Virus record (IMG/VR): IMGVR_UViG_3300046468_002484
Length of the DNA: 20,000 nt
Source: an uncultured virus (IMG/VR IMGVR_UViG_3300046468_002484)
Lineage: Duplodnaviria > Heunggongvirae > Uroviricota > Caudoviricetes
Direction: 5' to 3' (one strand)
Position numbers and translations under genes: made by a program. Positions 1-9,198 of this stretch are shown one piece after another. Each line of letters begins with the position of its first letter. The stretch's first letter is position 1. The notes under the pieces were generated by a model that searched no databases, had not been told where the DNA came from, and saw nothing but the letters and a program-made list of their open reading frames with translations.

Positions 1-769
1 ACTTTTGTTGCAATGCGGTTTTTTCTAAACATCCCATGCATACACCCTGTCTTCTTTGTATTGTACGAATATAAGATGATGTATCGTAAAAACTTTCTGC
101 GGTTCCTGCGTCTAACCAAGCACTTGATCTCGGTAAAATCTCAACTTTGAGTTTGTTTCTTTCCAAATATACTTTGTTTACATCTGTAATTTCCAGTTCA
201 CCACGATTTGATGGTTTTAAGTTCTTGGAAATATCAACTACATCATTATCATAAAAGTATAAACCAGTTACTGCATAATTACTTTTTGGTTTTTTGGGTT
301 TTTCTTCAATGCTTAATGCATTATTATTTGAATCAAAATCTACAACTCCATATCTCTCAGGATCATCAACATGATACGCAAATACAACACCTCCGTCTAC
401 TTGCTTGTCGATTTGGTAAAACCTCGAACTTGTGTGGAAAAAATTATCCCCAAGAATCAAACAAACAGGATCGTTTTTGATAAAATTATCTGCTAAAATA
501 AATGCCTCGGCAATTCCGTTGCTTTTTTCTTGTTTTATATATTCAAAAGAACATCCGAACTTTTTTCCGTTTCCAAATAACTTACGAAAAAAACTTAATC
601 CAATTTCGTTTGAGATTATACAAATTTCTTTAATTCCAAATTTAAGCAAAGTCTCTAATGAATAATATATCATAGGTTTATCATACAACATTAACAATTG
701 CTTGCTTGCAACTTGCGTTATTGGATATAATCTTGTACCAGATCCTCCTGCTAATATGATTCCTTTCAT
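1..769 (-). CDS. rfbA: Glucose-1-phosphate thymidylyltransferase RmlA/RfbA (3' end beyond the window)
   Basis: Translated by hand; not in the ORF track. ATG at 769 gives MKGIILAGGSGTRLYPITQVASKQLLMLYDKPMIYY...NGIAEAF...CLILGDNFF...YGVV...EEKP...SNYAVTGLYFYD...RGELEITD...WLDAGT. Frame stays open to position 1. AGGA SD-like motif upstream. Confidence 0.97.
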   Translation of the reverse strand, partial: MKGIILAGGSGTRLYPITQVASKQLLMLYDKPMIYYSLETLLKFGIKEICIISNEIGLSFFRKLFGNGKKFGCSFEYIKQEKSNGIAEAFILADNFIKNDPVCLILGDNFFHTSSRFYQIDKQVDGGVVFAYHVDDPERYGVVDFDSNNNALSIEEKPKKPKSNYAVTGLYFYDNDVVDISKNLKPSNRGELEITDVNKVYLERNKLKVEILPRSSAWLDAGTAESFYDTSSYIRTIQRRQGVCMGCLEKTALQQK

Positions 770-800
770 TTTTTTATTTCCTGTTTTACTTTAATTTGTA

Positions 801-1505
801 TTATATTATTTTTTTAAAATGTTTAAACATTCTTCCTACCATGACATCTTCCAACGAAAATGGGAAAATGTTTTGATTATTTTTTATATTATGTGAATTT
901 AAAATCCATTCAGCATTCTTACTGCAAATATATTTTGCAAACCTATAACTTACTGAGTATGCCTTTCCGCAATAATAAAACAATTCGTTAGCAATCCACG
1001 GTGGAGTATCAAGTAAAATTGGAATTCTATGAGTAACTGCCCATTGCTTGTAATCATCTTCATTTAAATGTTTTCCAAAAGTTCCATCATAATCTTTATT
1101 TTTTTTAGAATAAATAAGTTTTTCAACTTTATCAAGTCCACATATTTTTTTTCGTGTACGTTCACCTACACGATTGTATGTCAAAAAATTACTATCAAGT
1201 TTAATCAGTTTATTAAACATAATATTTTCAATACACCAGTTTATCATGTCATATGTTTTTTTGTGAAGTTTATCATAACGTTCTTCACCCATGAGATGTA
1301 GTTTATTATTTTCATACATTACATATTCACCACCACGAAAATATTCTATTATCATTAAATTTTCATCTTTCAGCAAGTTTTCATAAAAAACAGAGTTTTT
1401 TAAAATACAAGTTTGTGAAATATCTTTTTCACATGAGTTTATCATAATCAATGTATCAATTGAAAGTTTTTTATGATTTGCATATCCGTAACTATTATTA
1501 TCCAT
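801..1505 (-). CDS. GT-A glycosyltransferase, GT31 (galactosyltransferase/Fringe)-like
   Basis: Motif order matches GT31: YDKLHKKT, LIKLDSN (DxD position), YCGKAYSVS, EDVMVG. ATG at 1505 (2 nt after the upstream stop) is preferred to the GTG at 1520. Confidence 0.65.
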   Translation of the reverse strand: MDNNSYGYANHKKLSIDTLIMINSCEKDISQTCILKNSVFYENLLKDENLMIIEYFRGGEYVMYENNKLHLMGEERYDKLHKKTYDMINWCIENIMFNKLIKLDSNFLTYNRVGERTRKKICGLDKVEKLIYSKKNKDYDGTFGKHLNEDDYKQWAVTHRIPILLDTPPWIANELFYYCGKAYSVSYRFAKYICSKNAEWILNSHNIKNNQNIFPFSLEDVMVGRMFKHFKKII

Positions 1506-1507
1506 AT

Positions 1508-2218
1508 TTACAGTATCCACAATTTTCTTTTTTTAAGTTGTAATTCACAATCTGCTTGTTTTTTCATCAAAGGATGGCAAACATAAGCAGTATTTATATA
1601 ATCACCACGATATATTGTTTTTTGTTCAAGTACACACACATTTGTGTTATCACAACTAAATTCTGTATCACCTTCCATCGTTGTATAAATATTAACCAAA
1701 TCAATCTTTTTTGAAAAGTATAAATTAAATTCTTCTTGGTCATCAAAATTTTTTTTTGATTTTAAAATTTCATCAAAAACACTTCTTACACAAAAATTAT
1801 TTTTTAAATAAACCCAACCCATGCACATTGTAAAATTCCATTTGTTAAAAGTTTCAATAGGAAATCCACCTGTGTCACGTGATGCAATTATATCATACTT
1901 TGAATTTAATTTGGATATTGGATTTTTAATCCAAACCGCATCAAGATCTGAGTGAATGATTGCGGGTTCACTTCTCAAAATCTCGTATATTTTCTCAAAT
2001 CTCCAACGCCAACCCTTACCAGATCGTCTTGGAATATTACCACCCTCAATTAGTTTTGTTTTAATATTATTTTTTTTCAAAAAACTCTCTGCGTCATTAT
2101 CAAGTGTAATTATCAAATAATTGTCAATTTTTATTTTTTTCAAACAACAAACCCAATTAAGTGCTACATTTTTATATCGTGTATCGCAAAATGAAATTAT
2201 GAGTGGTAGTTGTATCAT
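1508..2218 (-). CDS. Nucleotide-diphospho-sugar transferase (PF03407/GT77-like)
   Basis: ALNW...NYLIITLD, IIHSDLDAVWIKNP (DxD), CMGWVYLK, DDQEEFN, YVCH, C-terminal LW. ATG at 2218 forms an ATGA overlap with the upstream stop. Confidence 0.85.
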   Translation of the reverse strand: MIQLPLIISFCDTRYKNVALNWVCCLKKIKIDNYLIITLDNDAESFLKKNNIKTKLIEGGNIPRRSGKGWRWRFEKIYEILRSEPAIIHSDLDAVWIKNPISKLNSKYDIIASRDTGGFPIETFNKWNFTMCMGWVYLKNNFCVRSVFDEILKSKKNFDDQEEFNLYFSKKIDLVNIYTTMEGDTEFSCDNTNVCVLEQKTIYRGDYINTAYVCHPLMKKQADCELQLKKRKLWIL

Positions 2219-3528
2219 GATTCTAAAACCCAATGTTTGTTTTGCTTCATATTTTGTATTTTTTCTTGTGATGTGTTGTTTTTAAACATTGATTCGTCAT
2301 AGTTTACAATATAAGGATTTAACCTTTTACCAAAGCATCCTTTGTTATTCATACTATTAGCAAAATCAGATTCACTCAAAACTTTTACACGAAGATCACT
2401 ATATTCTTTCATATTTAATTTACTATTAAAATAAACTTCTTCTACACACCTTCCTTTGTACAAAGGATCAACTGCGTGGGTTGTGTCAAATAATTTTTTT
2501 GTAAGATTACCCGATTTTACAACGCAAAAATTAATGCTTAATATTTTTTTAAATCTTGTTAAATTTGTATTAAATATTGTAGAAGAAAGAATTATTAAAT
2601 CGTAGTGTTTTATAAGATTTTTGATATAATTTCTAAAATCCTTTATTACTACTGAATTATTATTTATATACCAACAATCAAAATTAGTTGATATCACTTT
2701 ATGTATTTCATTTAATATTGAATATTTTTTTTCACAATTTATTAAAACATTTTTAATGTGACCGTGTGATGCAAGTATACCAACTTCGTCACATGATTTT
2801 TTAAAATTATTTAATATTTTTCTGTCAGGAACACTTGCGTGGTTGCATGAAGTTGTTATGATTTTATATTTTTCGTTATACATCGCGATCATCGGATCAA
2901 CTATTTTTTTCCACATTATGTTAGAATAATTTTTACGAGTTTTTTTATTCATATCATTTTGTATAGCAAATCTTGGTATTGTTGCAAAAGAATACTCTGC
3001 GATATTATATTTCTTATCACGTCTATAAACTTGATCTATTGGTAAATCAGAAGTTTGTATTTTTTCTATAATTTCATCAAAATAATTTCCATTTACTGCA
3101 TAAGCGTGTGCCTGGCACAATGAACCACTGAACACACTTTTTGTGTGGATTTCAAATATATTATGTGGCACTCCCCCCAAGTAGAAAAGTTTCCATTTTT
3201 TTGATTTAATATAATCGATTGATTTAGTTAAACTTTTGAAATCAGTTTCAATAAATTTTACATCACTTTCAAATATTAAAACATTTTTTCGTTTCTCGTG
3301 TCTTGCTTCATTTAAAACACTCCAATGACAAAAGCTTTTTTTGCAAATTTTGCTATTTTTACCCAAATCTTTCTCTATCATTTTAAAAGTTATTGTTGCA
3401 CCAAATCGTGCCACACGATTATCAATTCCAAACTTTTTAAATTCCACACCAGCACTTTGCCAACGATGTGTCTCGGAACTTTCGCATATACACACAATTT
3501 TATCAAAGTAATCAAACGGATTGTTCAT
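2215..3528 (-). CDS. Two-domain protein: N-terminal GT25-like glycosyltransferase plus C-terminal degenerate GT77-like domain
   Basis: N-half: FDKIVCI...HRW, CHWSVLNEA, VLIFESDV, WKLFYLGG, AHAYAVN, PIDQ, PRFAIQ. C-half follows the motif order of the neighbouring GT77 genes but has NNN at the DxD position. ATG at 3528. Confidence 0.75.
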   Translation of the reverse strand: MNNPFDYFDKIVCICESSETHRWQSAGVEFKKFGIDNRVARFGATITFKMIEKDLGKNSKICKKSFCHWSVLNEARHEKRKNVLIFESDVKFIETDFKSLTKSIDYIKSKKWKLFYLGGVPHNIFEIHTKSVFSGSLCQAHAYAVNGNYFDEIIEKIQTSDLPIDQVYRRDKKYNIAEYSFATIPRFAIQNDMNKKTRKNYSNIMWKKIVDPMIAMYNEKYKIITTSCNHASVPDRKILNNFKKSCDEVGILASHGHIKNVLINCEKKYSILNEIHKVISTNFDCWYINNNSVVIKDFRNYIKNLIKHYDLIILSSTIFNTNLTRFKKILSINFCVVKSGNLTKKLFDTTHAVDPLYKGRCVEEVYFNSKLNMKEYSDLRVKVLSESDFANSMNNKGCFGKRLNPYIVNYDESMFKNNTSQEKIQNMKQNKHWVLES

Positions 3529-3530
3529 AA

Positions 3531-4148
3531 TCAAGTATTATTTTTAATAAACTCAGCAATTTTTTCGCCAAGTAATTTTCGTCCATCTGAAGTAAAATGG
3601 CAATTATTTTGAAGTTCTGTGTTTTTATATAACTTATACGAGTCGTGTTGATTTAATACAAATGAATATAAATCGTTATATGGAACTTTCATTTCTTTCA
3701 TAACGTGCTTTGCAATTTTATTTAATATTATTACATCCTCATTATTTCTCACCGAATGATTTCGTGGACTCGGAGTAGTATTTGAAAACAAAGGCAACAC
3801 TTTAAGTTTTTTTAAAATTAGTATCTGCTCAAATAGTTCAATTTCATACTTTTTAAAATCTGAATCAGTTGTTCGTCTATGAAGTATGTCTTTTCCTTTA
3901 TTTGGTAATTTTATACTATGTAAACCAAAATTAAAATGAACAAAATCTGCATCAAACCGTTTACCATTGTATTTTCTTTTTGGTGATAATGTTCTATTCA
4001 AAAATCTCAATTGCTTCCATTGGCATGATGTTTTGCGAACAGGTTCAAACGACTCAATTCCATACATTAATAATCTTGTTTGTGCATACGGATAATAATG
4101 CCTCGTTATAGAATCACCTAATATAATAACTTTTTTATTTATATTCAT
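3531..4148 (-). CDS. SGNH/GDSL hydrolase family protein (possible glycan O-acetyl esterase/transferase)
   Basis: Block I IILGDSIT, block III VHFNFGLH, NTTP, YNDLY, block V NNCHFT..G (Asp of DxxH replaced by Asn). Confidence 0.85.
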   Translation of the reverse strand: MNINKKVIILGDSITRHYYPYAQTRLLMYGIESFEPVRKTSCQWKQLRFLNRTLSPKRKYNGKRFDADFVHFNFGLHSIKLPNKGKDILHRRTTDSDFKKYEIELFEQILILKKLKVLPLFSNTTPSPRNHSVRNNEDVIILNKIAKHVMKEMKVPYNDLYSFVLNQHDSYKLYKNTELQNNCHFTSDGRKLLGEKIAEFIKNNT

Positions 4149-4199
4149 ATAAATTGTATTCGTGAAAATATAAATATAAAAATGCTGAAATTATAAAAA

Positions 4200-4730
4200 C
4201 TAATTGCTTAACTCGGATTTCCAAAAATTATAACATTTAGTATGCTCATTTCCAGCATATCTGTGTTTTAAATGAAATCTACACGCAGGATATACCCACT
4301 TTAGTGTATTACTCAACTCAAGTGTATCATTTTCATTATCATCGTACATTTGTCTAATGAATACCACACTCGTTGAGCTTTGTATTGTATGGTTAAATGA
4401 GGATATAAGTTTTTCATAACGATTTCTTGCCACACCAAAAAGTTTATTTATTTTTTTCCCAAGTGGCAATACATCATAAAAAATCGTTCCGTTACGTTTA
4501 TCTTCAATCAATGAATATGCAATTCCGTTTTTTATATTTACACTACCCGTAATAACTTTAATTTCATCAAGTTTAGGAAAGAAATTATTAAACTGATTAT
4601 TTAAATTATTTAGCAACATTTCATATGAAACATTGCCTAAATTATCAAACAGTGTCTCACTTTTATTTAATTTAAGTGAATTCAATGCGTTTGCAACCGA
4701 TGGCTGTGATCCAAGTGATATATACAACAT
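4200..4730 (-). CDS. DUF1796-like (putative papain-like peptidase) protein, degenerate
   Basis: YISLGSQPSVA..L..LKL...ETLFD, IFYD, RYEKLISSF, VVFIR match the DUF1796 layout (SLGxxC, PFDW, FxHD, RYxRR, FIR), but the Cys and His appear to be missing. TAATG overlap with the upstream gene. Confidence 0.6.
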   Translation of the reverse strand: MLYISLGSQPSVANALNSLKLNKSETLFDNLGNVSYEMLLNNLNNQFNNFFPKLDEIKVITGSVNIKNGIAYSLIEDKRNGTIFYDVLPLGKKINKLFGVARNRYEKLISSFNHTIQSSTSVVFIRQMYDDNENDTLELSNTLKWVYPACRFHLKHRYAGNEHTKCYNFWKSELSN

Positions 4731-5407
4731 TAGTTTTCTCCAAATTTATATCCAAGTATTTTTACATCATTCCTATAAAACTTTTCAACTATTTCTTTTG
4801 TTTCGTTATCGTAAAACTCCGTATAATGGCCATTAACATTTGAAGTTTTGTGCTTATGGGGCATCATGATTTTTTTATTAACTTTTAATTTTTCACATAT
4901 AACATCAAAATCTGCACGTAGATTTTCAAATCTACCAACAAAATCAACCAGTATTGTATTGTGTTCTTCGTCATATATTTCATCAAACGCACGAGATAAA
5001 ACAACTGCTTTATCACGATGACCCAACACAGGATTTCCACGAATCACCTTTCTCGGTTTTTCCAACCAACTTAACCAGTTGTTCCATCTCCAAACTACCC
5101 ATTCTTTGAAACACCGATTTCTAACATCAATTTCGTTTTTACACCGCCTCCACATATATTGAGATACAAGTCTATCCCACGGATTTCTAACAAATGCAAA
5201 TTTAAAATAATCACCCCAGGTAGATTCACCAAGTATTTTCTGTGATTGTGCTACACTAATGTGAATTTTTTTAGATTCAGTTTCACTTCTACTTGCATAC
5301 TTAAATCTCTGACCAGGAAGGAGTCGTTGTGAAATCGCAGTTGATATACTGCTTCCCGCTGTTCGTGGGATGTGAATAAAAACACATTTCAACTCATGAT
5401 TAATCAT
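4730..5407 (-). CDS. Sulfotransferase family 2 (PF03567-like, carbohydrate sulfotransferase)
   Basis: 5'-PSB FIHIPRTAGSS, 3'-PB FAFVRNPWDRLVSQY, DFVGRFENL, C-terminal HYTEFYD...Y..D...GY.F. Confidence 0.92.
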   Translation of the reverse strand: MINHELKCVFIHIPRTAGSSISTAISQRLLPGQRFKYASRSETESKKIHISVAQSQKILGESTWGDYFKFAFVRNPWDRLVSQYMWRRCKNEIDVRNRCFKEWVVWRWNNWLSWLEKPRKVIRGNPVLGHRDKAVVLSRAFDEIYDEEHNTILVDFVGRFENLRADFDVICEKLKVNKKIMMPHKHKTSNVNGHYTEFYDNETKEIVEKFYRNDVKILGYKFGEN

Positions 5408-5416
5408 AGAAGTTTC

Positions 5417-7177
5417 TTAACGAAACAGAGCAGTTTGTTTTAGTTTTTTGTAGCTTTTCTTATAGAAATCTGACAAAATTTCATCAATTTCACTTTGTGA
5501 TGTAGATGGATTTTTGTGTCTTGTAACTTCTCTCATCACACACTCAGCAATGTGCAACGCAAGTCCGAATACATCCTCAGAATTATGAAACGCATCAAAT
5601 TTATAGTTTTCAGAATTTATGTATACGCAGAAATCACCATCTGTTTGTATTTGGGACATCATTCTTTCTCGGTTTTCTCCAAATGGTTTGATTTCGTAAC
5701 GAATACTTTTTGTTTCGGAAATTTTTGTTTCCTCTCCAAGTTCGTCTTCAATAAAATCTCCTGTCTCCGCCGGTGCAGTATCTTCAGGTACTTTTGGTTC
5801 TTTTGGTTCTTTTGGTTCTTTTTTCGTTAATGTTTGTTTAAGTAATTCTGTTACCGTTTTTCTTTCTTTATTGTTCTTAATATCAGCAGTCTGACTTCTA
5901 AGTTCAGATTTTATTAAATTACCAACAATTTCTTTTGCAACTGATGCTTTGGACATTCTTTCTTCAGCAGACTCTATATTCGTTTCTATAAAATCAACAA
6001 GTAAATCTGTATCGATATTCATTTCATCCAAAATTACTTTAACCACATTGTGAGCAAGAGTTCCAAACTTTTCAGTTTGCTGATCTATATCAAGCATAAG
6101 ATAACCACGAAGTAAATCAACAATAACTCGGTATGCAGTTTCATAAAATGGAAGTGTCACCGGGTGATCATCACGTAAAAAATGATGTGATAAATCTTTA
6201 GCAGGCATTCCTGTATGATCCATTACACTAGAAAGTTCATTACAAACCACAAATCCACGCAATCTGTTAAATAGACTCAACACTGAATCTGATAATGTGA
6301 TGTGTTGGCCTGCCTCGGTTGAAATATCTTCAAAAACTTTTGCTAATATATCTTTTTTATCTAAAGAAAAATCACAAATTTTTACATCAGATACTACAAT
6401 AGTAGAATCTAAACTACAATTTTGAGAATCTAATTCACTTTGCATTAAACTTAAATTAAAATATACTTTTCCTTTTTTTCGTTCTCCGTTCATTTCGTAT
6501 GTAAACTCACGTGAAATTTCATGAAATCTATATCCAGGTAATGTGTATTCAAATTTTAAAGAAGCACCGTTGAGGTTTACATTAAAATCGTTATTTCCCG
6601 TTTGCACTATAAAACCAAAAAAATCTTGAAGTTCTCGTTTGACACTCATTAAACCAAGTTTTCCATTTAAAATTGGTTTATCTAAATTGTGTATCGTTAC
6701 AATAGTTCCATGTTCTGATTTAATATTTGTTTGTTCAAGTTCTTGGATCTCAGGTGAATAATCATCAAGAAATTCTGTTTCACCTGGTTTATATGTCACT
6801 AAAAAACTTTGGCCATGTTTATTTTTAGTTTCAATTGTCCAATGAACATTTGAACTATCTGAAAGTTTATCATTGGCAACTTTACCACCGATTCCCATGT
6901 GACCAAGTACAGGTGAATTTCCGGTTCCTGTTTGATATGAATTACCAAAAACAAAATACTTTTCAAATCCGTTCATGCCACCCGAATCTTTAACGTGATC
7001 AAATCCAAGACCATTATCCTCTACAACGATTTTGTTATTTTCAAAGGTTATATCAACATTACTTGCTCCATTTTGCATACTATTTTTTACAAGTTCCGTG
7101 AAGGCTTGTTGATAATTTACAGTAGACTGAAGAATATTACTTATTCTTGCACCAGTTTTAATTTTTATATTTTCCAT
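5417..7177 (-). CDS. GHKL (Bergerat-fold) ATPase, HATPase_c_3 / prokaryotic MORC-like
   Basis: Motif I ELVKNS, motif II VEDNGLGF, motif III GHMGIGGK, motif IV HGTIVTI; S5-like middle (RLRGFVVCNEL); charged linker; C-terminal VYINSEN domain. GGAGA SD-like motif upstream. Confidence 0.85.
   Translation of the reverse strand: MENIKIKTGARISNILQSTVNYQQAFTELVKNSMQNGASNVDITFENNKIVVEDNGLGFDHVKDSGGMNGFEKYFVFGNSYQTGTGNSPVLGHMGIGGKVANDKLSDSSNVHWTIETKNKHGQSFLVTYKPGETEFLDDYSPEIQELEQTNIKSEHGTIVTIHNLDKPILNGKLGLMSVKRELQDFFGFIVQTGNNDFNVNLNGASLKFEYTLPGYRFHEISREFTYEMNGERKKGKVYFNLSLMQSELDSQNCSLDSTIVVSDVKICDFSLDKKDILAKVFEDISTEAGQHITLSDSVLSLFNRLRGFVVCNELSSVMDHTGMPAKDLSHHFLRDDHPVTLPFYETAYRVIVDLLRGYLMLDIDQQTEKFGTLAHNVVKVILDEMNIDTDLLVDFIETNIESAEERMSKASVAKEIVGNLIKSELRSQTADIKNNKERKTVTELLKQTLTKKEPKEPKEPKVPEDTAPAETGDFIEDELGEETKISETKSIRYEIKPFGENRERMMSQIQTDGDFCVYINSENYKFDAFHNSEDVFGLALHIAECVMREVTRHKNPSTSQSEIDEILSDFYKKSYKKLKQTALFR
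5792..5818. repeat. 9-bp tandem repeat (ttttggttc x3) encoding EPK-EPK-EPK in the ATPase linker
   Basis: Three exact copies at 5792-5800, 5801-5809 and 5810-5818. Confidence 0.9.
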
Positions 7178-7237
7178 ATCATCTCCATATTGTTATTAGA
7201 AAGTTTATTATAAATATGGTATTATTATAATATATCT

Positions 7238-8089
7238 TTATTTTATTAAAGATTGTGGAATTTTTTCATGCCACATATTATATCTAAGCATATTCCATAC
7301 TTTGCGATCATGGTAATTACACACATGAAGATCATTTGCTTTCATTTCGTTGATATTACTCCAACCTACATTACAATTAAAATGAACAATAAAAGCATCT
7401 TGTTCTGCATTTTCTCTTCCATGCTTTGCTATATTACGTTCCCAATGCACTCCTTGTGGATAACCCTTCGCACTTAATTGTACATAATTTATATCATCGG
7501 GTTCAATTGCACGATGAAGACGAAGATTAAGAAGCATCATATCTTCTTTAAACTTTCGTTGTTTAATTTCTCCGTCTTCATTTGTTTCAATGTATCTTTG
7601 TTTGAAATCTTCACGATCAATGTTGAATAGATGAATTGTTTTGGGATTGCTTTTAGCATAAAAGAAACCAGGACATATGCTTGCTCCACCTGCAACTTGA
7701 AATGCTACGTCGTAGTTTCCTTCTTCGCAAAGTTTTTCAAGGTCTGACAATGGATTATTCAAAAAGTTGATGTCTGTGTCAGAATAAAGAACATTAAATC
7801 CTTTTGTAAGCAACTGATGTGCAATTTCCATTTTATTCCACATCAAAGCATCCCATCCTTTTTGATGAAACTCGGCTGTAGTTTCTATGTGAAAGTTCGG
7901 ACTTATCCAACGTTTACTTTCAATGTCCTTTTCTTCGGACATACGTTCAAATGATTGATCATCCAAACAATACACAATAACCATATTCTGCATATTTAAT
8001 GCACGAATATACTTTAACCAGTTTAATGCAAAGTCTAAATAACCACCATTAACGTAAGACAACAATTTTGTCTTCGTTTTCTCTCCCAT
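7238..8089 (-). CDS. Nucleotide-diphospho-sugar transferase (PF03407/GT77-like)
   Basis: FALNW, VYCLD, MWNK, GFNVLYSDTDINFLNNP (DxD), CPGFFYAKSN, YPQG, IVHFN, C-terminal MW. GGGAGA SD-like motif upstream. Confidence 0.88.
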   Translation of the reverse strand: MGEKTKTKLLSYVNGGYLDFALNWLKYIRALNMQNMVIVYCLDDQSFERMSEEKDIESKRWISPNFHIETTAEFHQKGWDALMWNKMEIAHQLLTKGFNVLYSDTDINFLNNPLSDLEKLCEEGNYDVAFQVAGGASICPGFFYAKSNPKTIHLFNIDREDFKQRYIETNEDGEIKQRKFKEDMMLLNLRLHRAIEPDDINYVQLSAKGYPQGVHWERNIAKHGRENAEQDAFIVHFNCNVGWSNINEMKANDLHVCNYHDRKVWNMLRYNMWHEKIPQSLIK

Positions 8090-8110
8090 TTTTATCTCCC
8101 AATTTTTATA

Positions 8111-9142
8111 TTATACACCTGCTTCTTCAGAATAATTCAAACTTACGTCTTGCTTTCCTCCGCGAATTTGTTGATAAATCCAACCATATGTTTTTTCCAA
8201 ACCTTCTTGTAATCCGACACACGGTTCCCAACCCGTGACTTCTCTGATTAGTGTATTATCAGAATTTCTTCCACGAACACCTTGAGGTTTTGTTAAATCA
8301 TATTTTCTTTCAACTTCAATACCAGCAATTTTTTCAATCATATCAATAAGTTGATTGATGCTCACCATTTCACTACTTCCAAGATTCAAAGGTTTCGTAT
8401 AATCACTTTCCCACATTTTATCCATTCCTGTGATGCAGTCATCAATGTACATGAATGAACGAGTTTGTTCTCCGTCACCCCATACTTCAATTTCGTGATT
8501 TCCACTTAATTTTGCTTCAATGATTTTACGACAAAGAGCAGCTGGTGCTTTTTCACGACCACCTTGCCAAGTGCCATACGGACCATAAACATTGTGATAA
8601 CGAGGAATTCGTACGTTCATGTCGTAATCCGATTCGTAGAAGTTGGTAAGAATCTCGTTGAAAAGTTTTTCCCATCCATATCCACTTTCGGGATCAGCAG
8701 GATAAGCATCAGGTTCTGCTAATGCTTGATCGGATGCACTTAAAATCTCGGTTTGTTTGTAAGTAGGATATGCACAAGCACTACTACTATAAAGAAAGTC
8801 TTTGATGCCATGCTCTTTAGCAGCTACAAGCATATGAACATTAATAAGAACACTGAGCATACATAAAGCATGATTGTTTTCTATGAAACCCATTCCACCC
8901 ATGTTGCAAGCAAGATTATATACCATGTCCATGCCTTCGGCTGCTTTCATGCAGTTTTCACGCAATTCAAGATCAAGAACAAGTTGCTCTGTTCCTTCAA
9001 TCGGTTGATACCATTGATTCAATGGTTTTTTGTCAACAACACGTACATTGTGACCGTGTGCTTTTAAATCTTTTGCTAAATGTCCACCGATGAATCCACC
9101 ACCACCACATATTAATATATTTTTTTGATTTTGTATATTCAT
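8111..9142 (-). CDS. GME: GDP-mannose 3',5'-epimerase (GME)-like extended SDR
   Basis: GGGGFIG, NLACNMGGMGFI, SSSACAYP (catalytic Cys), YGWEK (YxxxK), HNVYGPYGTWQGGREKAPAALCRK (catalytic Lys), WGDGEQTRSF, GVRGRNSDN. These are the GME subfamily signatures. Confidence 0.9.
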   Translation of the reverse strand: MNIQNQKNILICGGGGFIGGHLAKDLKAHGHNVRVVDKKPLNQWYQPIEGTEQLVLDLELRENCMKAAEGMDMVYNLACNMGGMGFIENNHALCMLSVLINVHMLVAAKEHGIKDFLYSSSACAYPTYKQTEILSASDQALAEPDAYPADPESGYGWEKLFNEILTNFYESDYDMNVRIPRYHNVYGPYGTWQGGREKAPAALCRKIIEAKLSGNHEIEVWGDGEQTRSFMYIDDCITGMDKMWESDYTKPLNLGSSEMVSINQLIDMIEKIAGIEVERKYDLTKPQGVRGRNSDNTLIREVTGWEPCVGLQEGLEKTYGWIYQQIRGGKQDVSLNYSEEAGV

Positions 9143-9148
9143 TCAATA

Positions 9149-9177
9149 ATAATAATGATGTTTTTTGATTTTTTCAA
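9149..9177 (-). promoter_or_regulatory. Candidate sigma70-type promoter for the GME gene (TTGAAA-N17-TATTAT)
   Basis: Minus strand -35 TTGAAA at 9177-9172, 17-nt spacer, -10 TATTAT at 9154-9149. The AT-rich background lowers confidence. Confidence 0.45.
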
Positions 9178-9198
9178 GAATAAAAATGTAGTTTTTAC

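Noticed and set aside
4191..4202. Stop-codon reassignment (the only TAG-ending gene)
   Set aside because: Genes are full length under code 11, TAA and TGA both end genes cleanly, and reading through this TAG would add only three residues before a TAA.
5417..7177. ATPase as a histidine kinase, HtpG or MutL
   Set aside because: The ATPase domain is N-terminal with no H-box or sensor, and the MutL (GFRGEAL) and Hsp90 (IGQFGVGFY) signatures are absent.
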